A stretch of 63,691 nt of DNA, filler included, from Octopus bimaculoides (GCF_001194135.2; 5 parts of 5 records of this genome joined end to end with filler, not necessarily neighbours in it), one strand, 5' to 3'; shown: positions 1-12,828, counted from the whole stretch's first letter. The notes: generated from the sequence alone by a model not told the origin. Translations and numbers: made by a program.

Positions 1-624
1 GATGAAATACCACAAGGTAAAGAAAATACATATTCGCCTTTATATATTTAAACACTCAATATTTCATATATTCAATAAGACATATTCCATATATTCAATA
101 AGACATTCAATACTTCATTTCATTGTACCATCCATCTTTTTTTATATTATATATTATATATTCCATATTCTATATCCCAAATAAATTTTACAAGAATATA
201 AATAAAAGACATAAAAAACAGACAGAGTTGGAACTCTTTTAAATAAAACAATATATTCCTCTATACACGATCATACAAAACCCTTTTTTTTGTATTTATT
301 TTTACTCACATATATATGTATGTATGTATATGTTTGTATGTATGTATTATATATGTATGTATATATGTATGTATGTATGTATGTGTATATACACACACAT
401 ATACACATACATAAATGTCGAACAATGAAAATGAGTGCTCAACTCTGCATTGGTGGATAGAATTTCTTTGTTTAAGAATTAAGGCTACCTTGGTTTTATG
501 TTAAAACGAATAGGAAAATATCTGAATATCTTAACAACTTTTCTAGTCGATCATATGGAGGAATGGTGTTCGTCTTCATTCTGGAGACACACACACATGC
601 ACACCCACAAAATTAGCATACTAG

Positions 625-818
625 TCACAACACATTTATCTTTCTGGCTCTTTCAATTCATCTTTCTCTAATACAGACATATACCAAATTAAAATAAATT
701 ATTTTAATGGACAGTAAAAAAAATTGCTTTTCACTACACTTTGTTAGAGAACAAACAGTTTTTTAATCCTGCCAAGAAAGCTATATTTGCAATTTTATAT
801 TCTAGTAACAACAGAATG
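625..818 (+). repeat. Unclassified ~195-bp repeat, copy 1 of an inverted pair
   Basis: Aligns by eye to the reverse complement of 3293-3488 (shared blocks TTAATGGACAGT, AAAAAATTGCTTTTCA, ATATTTGCAATTTTA, ACAACAGAAT). Confidence 0.8.
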
Positions 819-884
819 TTTTAACAACTACACACACACACACACACGCACATACACACAAACATACACACATGTATGTGTGTG

Positions 885-931
<47 letters not shown>

Positions 932-2164
932 ATACAACTTCAGTCAAACAGAGCTAAATGAAGATCATTTCACTTAGACAAGTAAATACAAGGAAAGATT
1001 GATTGAAATTTCTGAAAAACATATTACATTATATCATTTCAAATCTATTTGTTGTAATTTTAGTAATAATATATTTCCTATATATGGATTTTATTTCAAG
1101 ATATCATATATTGCGTGGTTTTGCCAATTCAATGATTTTGAATGAGATTTCTGAGAAAGTATTTTGCAGATGTATGAACAATGATTTAACTCTGATATTG
1201 TAGATATAGTCTAAAAAAAAAATCTGTTTTACTTGAAAGACTCAAATGGGATCAGCAGCAGAATAGGATTCAATAACTTTTCTGTTACAACTGCATCAGT
1301 TTTCAATGATATTTAAGCTTCATAAATTTGTGTTTGATTTTTCTTCTATGCATGTGTGTGTGTGTGTGTGTGTACGTGTATGTGTCTGTGTGTATGCATG
1401 TGTGAATGCACATTGCTCAATGCTGAACGAATGAGAAAGGAGTGATCAATATGTGTTGTAGAGTAAGTAATTTTTTTACTAAAACTGAAGCTGTGACTTT
1501 GGTGACTGTATTGGAATAAAAATTGTGTCACAATTTCTTACCTTAACTTCTAATACATTCACACACATACACACAGTCATACACACATATATAACAGATA
1601 TATATAAGANNNNNNNNNNNNNNNNNNNNNNNNNNNNNNNNNNNNNNNNNNNNNNNNNNNNNNNNNNNNNNNNNNNNNNNTATATATATATATATATGTA
1701 TATATACCTACATACATAACACAAACAAATAGGGGTTTATTCATCAGTTATTAGCAGCACACATTTCAAATAGATCAGCATATCTCAAAATTCTGCAATG
1801 CAAAATTTAAGCACATTTAATTGACCCTATATGTGCTTAATTGAAATATGATAGATGAATTCAACACCATCCTATTCTTATCAAAGTTATATCACCACTA
1901 GTGATACAGCTGATAAATCATTTATAAATCTCCATTCTTATATGTGTGTCTTTTCTGTTATACTCAACAATTATACATTGAATTTAAATTGAATGCACTC
2001 AGTGTTTGAACTTCAGATTCACAAATTGTACTGGTGTCTGAAAATGAATTTACAATCTATAGGGATTACTGTGGCATTTAATGGACAATTTAGCAAGCTG
2101 TGTTTCATAACTACAGAGAGCTTATTTGCTTAAGTATTCTCTTAAATCTATTAATCCCCTTTTA

Positions 2165-2527
2165 CTTCACCCATGCTGGTGGCATATAAAAAGCACCAAC
2201 CAAATGTTGGGCCTCACAGAAACAGTGACAGGTGACTGAGACCTTTGGCGATATGCTGTGCTTGTGAAGACCTGTCAAGCCAAGTGAAATTGTAATCATG
2301 GCCGATGCTGGTGTCGCATTAATGGCACCCATGCTGGTGGCATGTAAAAGGCATCCACTACACTCCTGGAGTGGTTGGTGTTAGGAAGAGCATCCGGCCA
2401 TAGAAAGCATGCCAAATCAGATTGGAACATGGAGCAACTCCCTGGCTTACAAGTTTTCAGTCAAACCATCCAACCCATGCCAGTATGAAAAACGGACGTT
2501 AAATAATGATGATGATGATGATGATGA

Positions 2528-2535
<8 letters not shown>
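2165..2535 (+). mobile_element. RTE-clade LINE 3' end, 5'-truncated, (GAT)n tail
   Basis: Shares the GGTTGG..TTAGGAAG.GCATCC...CCAACCCATGC...GTTAAA(GAT)n 3' region with about eight other copies in the window; the RTE ORF2 C-terminus is visible in longer copies. Confidence 0.75.
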
Positions 2536-2569
<34 letters not shown>

Positions 2570-2574
2570 TCTTC

Positions 2575-2717
2575 AATTCTTGTTTCAGTCATTTGACTGC
2601 AGGCATGCTGGTGCACCAAATTTAGTCAAGCAAATCAACCCCAGGACTTATTCTTTGTAAGCCTAGTACTTATTCTATCATTCTCTTTTGCTGAACTGCT
2701 AAGTTATGGGGATGTCA
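2575..2717 (-). mobile_element. SINE family B, 3' half
   Basis: Reverse complement of the 3' half of the full copy at 16855-17320 (AGAATAAGTACTAGGCTT...CCAGCATG...CAGTCAAATGACTGAAACA). Confidence 0.8.
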
Positions 2718-2959
2718 CAGAGTAGAAGATAAAAGCAAACAGACGTGAGGACGTAGCACAAACAATGTATTAATAAGATGCTCAGAGAAGCAAGGGAGTA
2801 GTTGTTTTATCTTTCAAGTATAGTTCTCCTTAAGGGAAAGAAGAAAGAAGGAGGAAAAATATCTCCAGCTGTCCATGTGAGGTTACATTTCTAAAGTGGC
2901 CAGGTATACATATGCATGTGTGTGTATATATACATATGCACATACATACATGCATATAA

Positions 2960-3043
<84 letters not shown>

Positions 3044-3292
3044 ATATGTATGTATGGATAGATAGATATACACATGCTTACATGCCATTTATAATAACTT
3101 GCAATAAAATCAATATATAGGAAATATATAATTTACAACAAAAAATATTTGAGATGAAGTAATTTAATACATTTCTTTTTTTTTTAGAGAAATTCTAATC
3201 AATCTTTCCTTGTATCTGTTGGTTTAAATGAAAAGATCTTCATTTAGCTGCATTTGACTGCATATGTATGTATGTATGTAGATGTGTATACA

Positions 3293-3488
3293 TATTCTGT
3301 TGTAACAAGATTCTAAAATTGCAAATATAGCACTTTTGGCTGGATAATAAAGTGGTTGTTCTCGAACAAAAGAGTGATGAAAAGCAATTTTTTGACTGTC
3401 CATTAAAAGATAATACATTTTAATTTGGTATAGGTATTCATTAGAGATAGATGAACTGAAACAGCTAGAGAGGTAGATACTTTGTGTC
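3293..3488 (-). repeat. Unclassified ~195-bp repeat, copy 2 of the inverted pair
   Basis: See 625-818; roughly 75-80% identity by eye. Confidence 0.8.
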
Positions 3489-3504
3489 ATCAATTATATG
3501 TGTA

Positions 3505-3526
3505 TATGTGTATATATTTAAATGTG

Positions 3527-3623
<97 letters not shown>

Positions 3624-3922
3624 ATGTGTGTATATATATGTATGTATGTATCTATATATACACATACATATATATATATATATACATACATACACACACA
3701 CACATATATATATGTATATGTATATATATATATATGCATGCACGTATGCATGCATGTATCTATCTATCTATGTATCAATACATAGAAATTACAATTCAAG
3801 GAAGATACAATGAGTAAACTTTAAACTAAATCGCTACAATTGTTTCTGTGCATTATTATCAGCTGGTAATTGGTGAGTGGTCTCAAGAGCATAATATACA
3901 TACATACACATGGATATATATG

Positions 3923-3992
<70 letters not shown>
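3505..3992. repeat. Compound (TG)n/(TA)n microsatellites running into an N gap
   Basis: Direct reading; source of the poly-VC and poly-YI ORFs. Confidence 0.95.
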
Positions 3993-5289
3993 NNNNNNNN
4001 NNNNNNNNNNNNNNNNNNNNNNNNNNNNNNNNNNNNNNNNNNNNNNNNNNNNNNNNNNNNNNNNNNNNNNNNNNNNNNNNNNNNNNNNNNNNNNNNNNNN
4101 NNNNNNNNNNNNNNNNNNNNNNNNNNNNNNNNNNNNNNNNNNNNNNNNNNNNNNNNNNNNNNNNNNNNNNNNNNNNNNNNNNNNNNNNNNNNNNNNNNNN
4201 NNNNNNNNNNNNNNNNNNNNNNNNNNNNNNNNNNNNNNNNNNNNNNNNNNNNNNNNNNNNNNNNNNNNNNNNNNNNNNNNNNTATATATATATATATATA
4301 TATTCTTTATTTGTGAACCGAGGCTATCATTGGTTTCATGTGAAGAAAAGTAGGAAAATAACCTAGTGTCTCAACAATTTTCTAGCCGATCACATCGAGA
4401 AAGGTGTTCACCTCCATTTTGGAAATCACTGCCTCCTTTAGTTCGTGGAGCTTCTCGTCAATTTTTATGAATTAAACAATAAATCAAGGGATATTACTCT
4501 TGGGTACCATCTTTTGAACATTTGTTTCCCTTGTATTTGTCTTTTAGGCAAACTGTTGTGTGGTCAATTTGTTTGCATTATTTTGCTTTTGTTCTGGGTG
4601 TAGAGTTCTTATACTTGTGTACTGAGATAGTCTGTTATTGGAGCATATTTCTTCTGTGTGTGGAGCATGTGTGCTATGTGTGTTCAAATTTCATGTTCAG
4701 GAAAGGAGCCATCCTGGTGGGATTGCTGTTCTGGGGTCAATCTATTTGATTAAAACCCTTCAATGAGGTGCCCCAGCATGGCTGCTATTAAATGTCTGAA
4801 ACAACTAAAAGACACACGCACACACGTATATTACATACATGCACTAATACAGCTAGCTCTCCACATTTAATCATTCCACCGTTGAACTTCTCTGTATAAG
4901 GATTTGAAATGTAAGTTCTTCTCTACTCTGATGAGGGAAGCTCAATTTATCCACTGTTGATTGCTTCCATTATGACTGCATATTGTAATGAACTACATCT
5001 ACAAGCATTATTATGGATTGCCGAGTCCCCACAAACAGCTGTTGGATTTTTAGCATTGTCTGAAAGTTTTCACTTTCTACTTTTTCTCTTTATGCATGTT
5101 TGTGTTTCATACCCAAACTGTTATATTTAATATATCTAATTTGTTTATCTGCACAATTGCCTCTTTATTTAGATATATACACTTATATATGCATACACAC
5201 ATATATACACACACACATATTTTCCCTTTTTCATATAGGATACAAAAACAAAGAATCAGATAATCATCTCTTGGGAGTGTTCCAGTTAG

Positions 5290-5800
5290 TAAGCATCTAG
5301 ACAATCGTGCATTTGTTGGAGCTGGGAAATAATGAAAATGATAGTATTAAGAGACCAAGTATGTTGGTGAGTGGGTGGAGATTGCAAAATAGTATAGGGG
5401 TGAGAAATGGAAAATGAATGAGGGAAGGAGAAGTTGGCAACCATCAACAGTGCAAGTGGGAAAAAGGGAAAGTAAGATATGGCAGACAGTGTAGAGTTGA
5501 GGACAAGAATGATGATATGTTAAGTAAGTTGCAGGAGTGGGTGGGGAAGAGATAGGCAGGAATAGTGCCTGAAGAGGGTAAATGATGTATAGTGGTGGAG
5601 GAAGAGAGATAATGTGGTAACTCAGAGGTTGTAGCGGTGATTAGTACAAGTATCAGAGGAGAGAACAATATTAATGGATGAAGGATGGATAACATTTGAA
5701 ATGGTTCTGAGTAATAAGAAAAGTAGGTGTTATCAGAGAAGCACTGTAGCTCGGGGAGATTAGGGTAATGAATAATGAAGTGTTTTGAGGAAGAAAGAAA
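5290..5800 (-). mobile_element. Possible highly decayed Penelope-like RT/EN linker region
   Basis: Minus-strand fragments (LVL..HRYNL.V, LFPHPLL, LVLNSTL, FPFSHLHC) loosely resemble the PLE linker pattern PLVLTYHP.NL...LV.S.L...FPC; many frameshifts. Confidence 0.3.
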
Positions 5801-5900
5801 TCGGTCAAAGGGCCTAGTTTTGCACACACACATACATACATACATACATACATACGTGTGTGTATGTGTGTGTATGTGTGTGTGTGTATGTATGTATATA

Positions 5901-6345
5901 TCATCATCGTTTAATACCTGCTTTTTATGCTGGCATGGGTTAGATGGCTTGACTGGAACTGGTAAGCCGAAGAGCTGCACCAGGTTCCAGTCTGATTCAG
6001 CATGGTTTCCGCAGCTGGACACCCTTCTTAATGCCAGTCACTCCAAGAGTGTAATGGATGCTTGCTATATGTCACCAGCATGGGTGTCATTAACATAACA
6101 CCGGCTATTACCACAGCTATAGTTTCATGGGTGCCATTTACATGACACTGGCAATGGCCACGACTATGGCTTCACTTCACTTCTCAAGCACAGCATGTCA
6201 CCAAGTTCTCGGTCACTTGTCATCACCTCCGTTAAGCTCAATATTCAAAGATCATGCTACCAACAACAGCCATGATTTCACAGTTGCCATTTATATGACA
6301 CCATTAATGGCTACAACTACGATTTCTTCCAGAACTCAATTTTAC
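5901..6345 (-). mobile_element. RTE-clade LINE 3' end
   Basis: CATCATCATCGTTTAA tail on the plus strand followed by the reverse complement of the family 3' UTR and the ORF2 terminal region. Confidence 0.7.
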
Positions 6346-6659
6346 TGAGGTGGAATGTTGATTCAAATAATCACATTACAATTGATATTATACCTTCATT
6401 CCATAGACATATCTTAGTTTCCTTTGAATTATTTTGTCCTGCTGTGTTAGCTACTTGCAAAATAATACTGTACCAGATACATCTGAATGACTTGAGTCAA
6501 TGCATTAGTGATGTGATTCAAGATCATCTTGTGTTTGAACTTTTTCAACATCACTTACCCTTACCCAGGTAACCCAGCCAAGATTTATCAGGCCCTAAGT
6601 TGCATCTCAGCAGCCAAAGTCTGTGGATCAATTCTTTTAATCCAAAGTAACTAAGCGGT

Positions 6660-6786
6660 TTATTCAACAACCTTAACTACTCTTTTCTTTGCCAGTTCTG
6701 TAAAACCAAGGCGCTTAAGACCTTTGCAGAATGAGATTCTTGTATTCTCTATTGCTCTTCTTTCAACAAATTCTTCAGCATTTATA
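6660..6786 (-). CDS. Candidate terminal coding exon of an unidentified gene (INAEEFVERRAIENTRISFCKGLKRLGFTELAKKRVVKVVE*)
   Basis: Acceptor ttgtcattgttcag, 41 open codons, then TAA overlapping AATAAA; non-repetitive context. No protein family recognised. Confidence 0.4.
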
Positions 6787-6830
6787 CTGAACAATGACAA
6801 TAAGCTCATGAAAAACACACAAAAAGTTAC

Positions 6831-6915
6831 GTTTGTAATGTGGCTTCAATTTCTTGCTTTGCAGTTTCATTTAACTTGCCCATAGTAGTTTTCCTGAGTT
6901 TTCTTGAAAGATGAG
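6831..6915 (-). CDS. Candidate internal exon (HLSRKLRKTTMGKLNETAKQEIEATLQT)
   Basis: AG...GT bounded and open; its phase-2 end joins 6786 in frame across a 44-nt GT-AG intron. Both splice sites are weak. Confidence 0.25.
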
Positions 6916-7169
6916 CTATATGTCATTATTTACAATTGCTATTTCTTTAAATTACAAGAGAAATATAGTAAAAGCTATTTTTGAAATTGATTAACATCAA
7001 TTTTAAATGAGTAAATTTAAAGCACTTCATTCTTTGTTTATAATGTTATCCAGTTAAAGTACTGCTGATAACACAGGCAGCATTACTGAATTTTATCAGT
7101 ATGTTACCTGTTATATACAATAGTTTCCACTTCTACTGTAGACTCTCTTTATATCAGTAGTTTTATGTT

Positions 7170-7468
7170 GTGAAGGCACATGGCTCAGTGGTTAGAGCTT
7201 TGGGTTATGAGGTAGTGAGTTCATGTCTGAACCAGGCTGTGTGCTGTTTTACATTGTTCCAGTTCACTCAGCTGTAGAAATGAGTTGCAACATCACTAGT
7301 ATCAAGCTGTATAGGCCTTTGGACAATATGGTTGGCATGCAGAGAGGAGGCTGGCATGAATGGGTGACTGCTGGTCTTTTATAAACGACCTTGCTTGGAC
7401 TTGTGCCTCAGAAAGGAACATTCTAAATGCAATTCCATGGTCATTCATGATTGGAGGGAGTCTTTACT
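7170..7468 (+). mobile_element. tRNA-head SINE family E
   Basis: A-box TGGCTCAGTGG and B-box-like GAGTTCA; body matches 55210-55540 and 22687-22945. Confidence 0.8.
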
Positions 7469-8802
7469 CTGTTGTGATGCAGTTTATGAATGCTAAAGAC
7501 CTCATAGTATTTATTAACATGCCATTTGCAAGTGTTTTAGTCTTTCTAGGCATGCTACTCCAATAGACAAATAAAGATGTGCATAGATATGATCAATAAT
7601 TATTTATGTGTAAGGTCAAAATTCCTATAAAATCATGAATGCATGCATAAAAGAAACAAAATATTATGTTTAAATGAGAGAACCTGTGTTTGATCACTTT
7701 GTATGAAAGAAATAACAGCCAAATCTTTATCAAACCACTCCTTACAATCTTAAATAACAAATAAAATTTGAAAAAAGATATCTGATTTATTACCAACTAT
7801 TTAAAGCAATCATTTACTGAAAATGAAATGCTTTCTTAATTACTGCTTTCAGATATTCCGACAGCATTATAATAGAACTTAATTGTATTGTTTAAATACC
7901 AATAATATTAACATCTGTTATTATTTCTGAATTAGCAAAGAGAAATGTCAAAAAATGATGTGACATTTCAAGTACACGGAGAAGAATTTGTTGGTATTTG
8001 ATTTTTAGTCATAAATTTTTTTAAATGACAGTTACAAAATTAATGAATTCCAAATATTCATAATTAATTAGCTAATGTAGCACAATTACAAAACTAAGTT
8101 GTATTTAGAAGTATTCTTTGGAATCATAAGAGCTATCAAGTCTGAGGATTGAACCTACTTCAATGAAGCACTATAAAATTAAATCTTACAATAATCAACT
8201 TGAATTTTGTTTCATAAAACACCTTCTTTATAAATGATACATTGTCAAAGATCACAAGAAGAGAGTTTTGATCTTATTTCTGCTGTTAAACTTTGAATAT
8301 AACCTTTCCTAGTTAAATAGAAAGAAGGCAAGTGAAAAGCTATGGTAAATAACTAAAGTTTAAATAACTTGTGCATTTCATGGATTTGACAAGGTATTTT
8401 CATTTGCCTAAAGCTTTGAATAAGTAGTTTCATATTTGTTATTCAACTATACAAGAAGTGACATGGAGTATAGATTTAGTTATAATGCTTAAGTCATACT
8501 GCAGTAACAATGGCCAAGTACTTTTGCTTTGTATTTACTAAGTGATTACAAGGTTGTCTGAAATAAAACACAATAATTGTTAGTTGAATAAAAAAAAAAA
8601 TGATATAATATTCCTATATTATATTATTCCTGATTGTATCAGTCATCCAGATACCTACTCATCAGCTTATATAATTTTTATAACAAAAACCTAGTAATCT
8701 AAGTGTACTCAGGTAACATTTCATTACTTTCTGAAAGATAATTCATTTTACCTTCTGCTGTATTAACAGGTTTTGAATGATATCACGGAACAACTTCTCA
8801 AC

Positions 8803-10079
8803 TAAAGCCCAAAAGAAACCGGGATTTCGCAATATTATTTTATTCATTTAACATTACATGTTTACACTTTAAATGCCTTCAAAGAATTTTCCATTTGAAG
8901 CAATACATTGGTCCAGAAGCATTTTCCACTGTTCAAAGTGATACCTTTTAACACCTCAATTGTATTTTTCTTCACCTTTTCCATATCTGCAAAACATTTT
9001 CCTTTAAGGACGTTTTTTTTCAATTAGGGAAACAAGAAAAAGTTGCAGGGAGCAAGATCAGGTTAATAGGGATGGGGTAAACAAGGTCATGCCATTTTTG
9101 GTCAAAACCTGTCTCACAATAAAGACAATGTGTGAAGCTGTATTGTCACGATGAAACCACCACTACCCACTTTGCCACTGGTTGGGACATTTCCATATCA
9201 CCATGTCTTGCAAACACTTCAGAATTGTCAAGTAAAATGTCTGGTTAACAGTGTGACCAGGAGGAACAAATACTGTGTGGACAATTTCTTTCACATCGAT
9301 GAAACTAATCAGCGTCAACTTAGTATTGAACTTTTCTTGTTGTACTCTTTGGGGGCGTGGTGACATTGAATACTTCCAGTGACTTGATTGCTGCTTCGTT
9401 TCCAGGTCGTAGCAATGGCACCAGCCTTTGTCACCTTTGAAAAATGGTCCAGATCAACTTCCAACTGTTCTTACAGTTCATGACATGCATTCAGTCGTGA
9501 CTGCTTTTGATCTTCCATGAGCAAGCTCGGCACAAATTTTAACACAACTCTTTTCATTTGCAATTCCTCATTTGTTGGCAGGAGCTCTAGAACACACCAG
9601 TCATGTCAACAAGTTCATCAATTGTTCAGCTTTAGTCCTCCAAGATCAGTTCATGAATTTTCGTGATGTTTTCATTTGTTCAGGAGGTTAATGGTTGCCC
9701 TGAACGAGGTTGATCTTCAAGTAACAAGTGACCATTCCTAAAGTGTGAAAACCACTCGTAAACTTGTGTTTAACTCATGGCAGTGCCCTTGTAAGTTATT
9801 TGAAACATCAGAACTGTTTTTACGGCCGTTTTCCTCAGCAGAAAACAGAGTTTCACGGACACATGCTTTCTCTTTATTTTAGCCATCACAAAAATTGATG
9901 AACAGGGGAGAAGCACTACAAGACAAAGACACATGGCAGTACAACTTGACTCAACGACGCTGGTTGGCAGAATGATGCCTGAGGGCCACATCAAGTGGCT
10001 TCTAGGGGCATAAGCCTAACCTTCAATGGACTTGTCCCATGAGAACGTTTCTGGTTACTTTTGGGTATCCCCTTGAATA
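8803..10079 (-). mobile_element. Near full-length decayed mariner (DD34D-type) element
   Basis: About 1.28 kb. TIR remnants CCCAAAAGAAACCGGGA / CCCAAAAGTAACCAGAA. Minus-strand fragments VKLCFLLRKTAVKTVLMFQITYKGTAMS and IVHTVFVPPGHTVNQTFYLTILKCL match mariner transposase. Many stops. Confidence 0.88.
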
Positions 10080-10569
10080 TTACTTTAAATCACAATCATG
10101 CATCTCAAACAATCACCAATCTGCTAATAAGTCAGCTAAATGCCATATCCATAAAACGTTAAATTTTGGGTGAAAGGTTTTGAATAACAAGTTGACTCAC
10201 ACAAAAAAAAGAAAGAAATTCAGTTGTGGAGATTCTTTCAGTCTAGTATAGCTCAGTTACTTAATTTTGTTAATTTATTACTTTAGATACAGCTACAACA
10301 CACAAGCAAGTATGATATGGTGGTATGCTTGGTAACTAGGTAGTCATGAGCAGAAATTGTCATCCTCTCAACCTCCGCCTGTTGACAGAGTGTAACCACT
10401 TAGAACTGGTACACGTTTTTCAGCTGAATAAATTGAAGAAATATAAAATGAAGAGGCATATCTAAGTCACTCCCCAGTTCAAGAGCTGAACAGATGATTT
10501 TAGGATTATAAGTGCAATGTCTTGATCAACGTGAGAGCTAGCAATGTCTTAACGATTTGACATGGTCAA

Positions 10570-11223
10570 AGTGAGAGCTAGCAGTGACCTTCATGAAGCA
10601 GTGTGCTGAGTGATATCACTGTATTTACCTTGCAAGTTGTGAAATTTGTGCTTTTGTGATCACACGTACGCTGTAATCTGCAATTTTTGTCATGGACAGG
10701 AAGTTGGAACAAAGAGCCGACAGGAAATTTTGTGTTAAACTTGGGAAGTCTGTTACAGAGACATTGAGCATGCTTCGGTAAGCTTATGGAGACAAGGCGA
10801 TGGGTTGTACACAATGCTTTGAGTGGTAAGGGCATACAACAGAGCCGTAACTCAACTAAGAACATGCTCATCGTTTTTCCACCATCTGTGGTATTGTGCA
10901 TCGAGAATTCGTCCCCCAGGGTCAGAGTGTCAATTGACAGTCCAACTGTGACGTTTTGCAGCATTTGAGGGAGAATATTTGGTGAAAGCGACCAGATCTG
11001 TAGGGCACGAGGAATTTGGTTCTTCAAAACGACAATGCACCCTGTCACTGAGCTCTCCTCACTTGTGAGTTTCTCACCAAAAACAACATAGTATCACTTC
11101 TGCACCCATCCTGTTCACCAGATTTAGCACCTGTGAATTTTCATCTCTTCTCCAAAACTTAAGTAAATAAGTTATTTTTCATTAAATATAACTAGTCTGG
11201 AAACTTTTTAATACCACCTCATA
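10570..11223 (+). mobile_element. Internally deleted mariner element
   Basis: MDRKLEQRADRKFCVKLGKSVTETLSML, then a jump to GIVHREFVPQGQSVN, NDNAPCH and HPSCSPDLAP, then a jump to a TIR-like end CTGGAAACTTTTTAATACCACCTCA-TA. Confidence 0.85.
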
Positions 11224-11257
11224 TATACATTTACATATATATATATATATATATATA

Positions 11258-11357
11258 NNNNNNNNNNNNNNNNNNNNNNNNNNNNNNNNNNNNNNNNNNN
11301 NTTAATTAATTAANNNNNNNNNNNNNNNNNNNNNNNNNNNNNNNNNNNNNNNNNNNN
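11258..11357. other. Artificial scaffold linker N44-TTAATTAATTAA-N44
   Basis: 44 N, then palindromic TTAATTAATTAA (11302-11313; TAA in all six frames), then 44 N = 100 bp. Identical structure occurs four times. Confidence 0.95.
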
Positions 11358-11552
11358 ATTTGATTATATTTACAATGTTTGATTGAAGCATTGCTCATTA
11401 CAGATGCGATTTGTAATGGCTTTCCTGAAGGAAAGGCATCCGACCACCAGGGTAGACCCCTTGCTTTTTCTTTCCCTTGTTTTTGGCTTCCACTTACCTG
11501 GTGTCAAACACTCCCAGCTTCCTCGCCACACCACACAGCCACTCCTGTGCCT

Positions 11553-11594
<42 letters not shown>

Positions 11595-11610
11595 TTGATG
11601 ATGATGATGA

Positions 11611-11808
11611 TTTCAAATTTTTGCCACAAGAGCAGCTTAGGGGAGGAGATGAAGCCGATTACATTGACCCCAGTGCACAACTGGTACTTATTTAATCGAC
11701 CCCGAAAGGATTGAAGGTAAAATGGACCTTATCGGAATTTGAACTCAGAACGTAAATGCTGCTAAGTATTTCCCCTGGTGTGCAAACTATTCTGCTAGCC
11801 TGCCGCCT
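11611..11808 (-). mobile_element. SINE family A, between (AAT)n arrays
   Basis: Reverse complement of the GGCGGCGAGCTGGCAGAA...GAGTTCAAATTCC...GGGGTCGAT family seen at 49855, 52755 and 55784. Confidence 0.8.
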
Positions 11809-11809
11809 T

Positions 11810-11829
11810 TGATAATAATAATAATAATG

Positions 11830-11884
<55 letters not shown>

Positions 11885-11892
11885 TACTAATG

Positions 11893-11953
<61 letters not shown>

Positions 11954-12003
11954 CAACAATAATAATAATACTAATCACAAAAACAACGATAACAATAATA
12001 ACA
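11810..12003. repeat. (AAT)n microsatellite
   Basis: Direct reading; gives poly-Ile ORFs. Confidence 0.95.
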
Positions 12004-12334
12004 ATTGCAGCCATGTGTGATAAACAGCATTCACATATGGTGAATCAAACCGAAATTAGAGGGAACAGCATTGTAGTGTCCCTGAGGAATTTGGCTACAT
12101 AAAATATTATACACAGTGCTATGTGCTTAATAGAATTTATAAACTAAGTGTTATTTTCCTCATTGATTGTCCTTGTCATTTTAGCTGTTGTTGTTGATGA
12201 AGATGATAACGGAGAGAGAAAATGAGGAAGAAGAGCAGGAGGTGGAAGAGAGCAATTTCGAAGAGAGTCTAGCAATGATTAAATGTCTAAATGTCTGCGA
12301 TGAGATATCGTTAATATGAAAAATTAGAAATCAT

Positions 12335-12703
12335 ACAACACTGATAATGATGATGACTATGATGATTATTGTGATAGTGTTTATGGTGGTGTTGGTGGTG
12401 ATGGTGTGGGTGATAGTGAGGAGAATGGCGATGAGAATGGTGGTGGTGATGGTCGTGATGGTGGAGAAGGTGCTGATGGTGAGGGTGATAGTGAGGGGGA
12501 TGTCGATGATGGTGGTAGTGGTGGTGATGGTGAGGGTGATAGTGAGGGGGATGTCAATGATGGTGGTAGTGGTGGTGATGGTGAGGGTGATAGTGAGGGG
12601 GATGTTGATGATGGTGGTGGTGGTGATGATGATAATGATGATGATGGTGGTGGTGGTAGTGGTGGTGGTGGTGGTTGTGGTGATGGTGGTGGTAATGATG
12701 ATG

Positions 12704-12745
<42 letters not shown>

Positions 12746-12797
12746 CCAATGATGATGATGGTGGTAGTGGCTATGGCAATGACGAGGATAGTGGTTG

Positions 12798-12828
<31 letters not shown>

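Noticed and set aside
2830-4366. Long poly-VC/HT/YI ORFs here and throughout the ORF track
   Set aside because: Translations of dinucleotide microsatellites and N runs; no coding information.
8752-8801. Minus-strand 50-nt exon-like block (EKLFRDIIQNLLIQQK, AAG|gtaaaa)
   Set aside because: The acceptor lies in the mariner TIR, and its phase-0 end does not join the nearby candidates; cannot be supported without RNA data.
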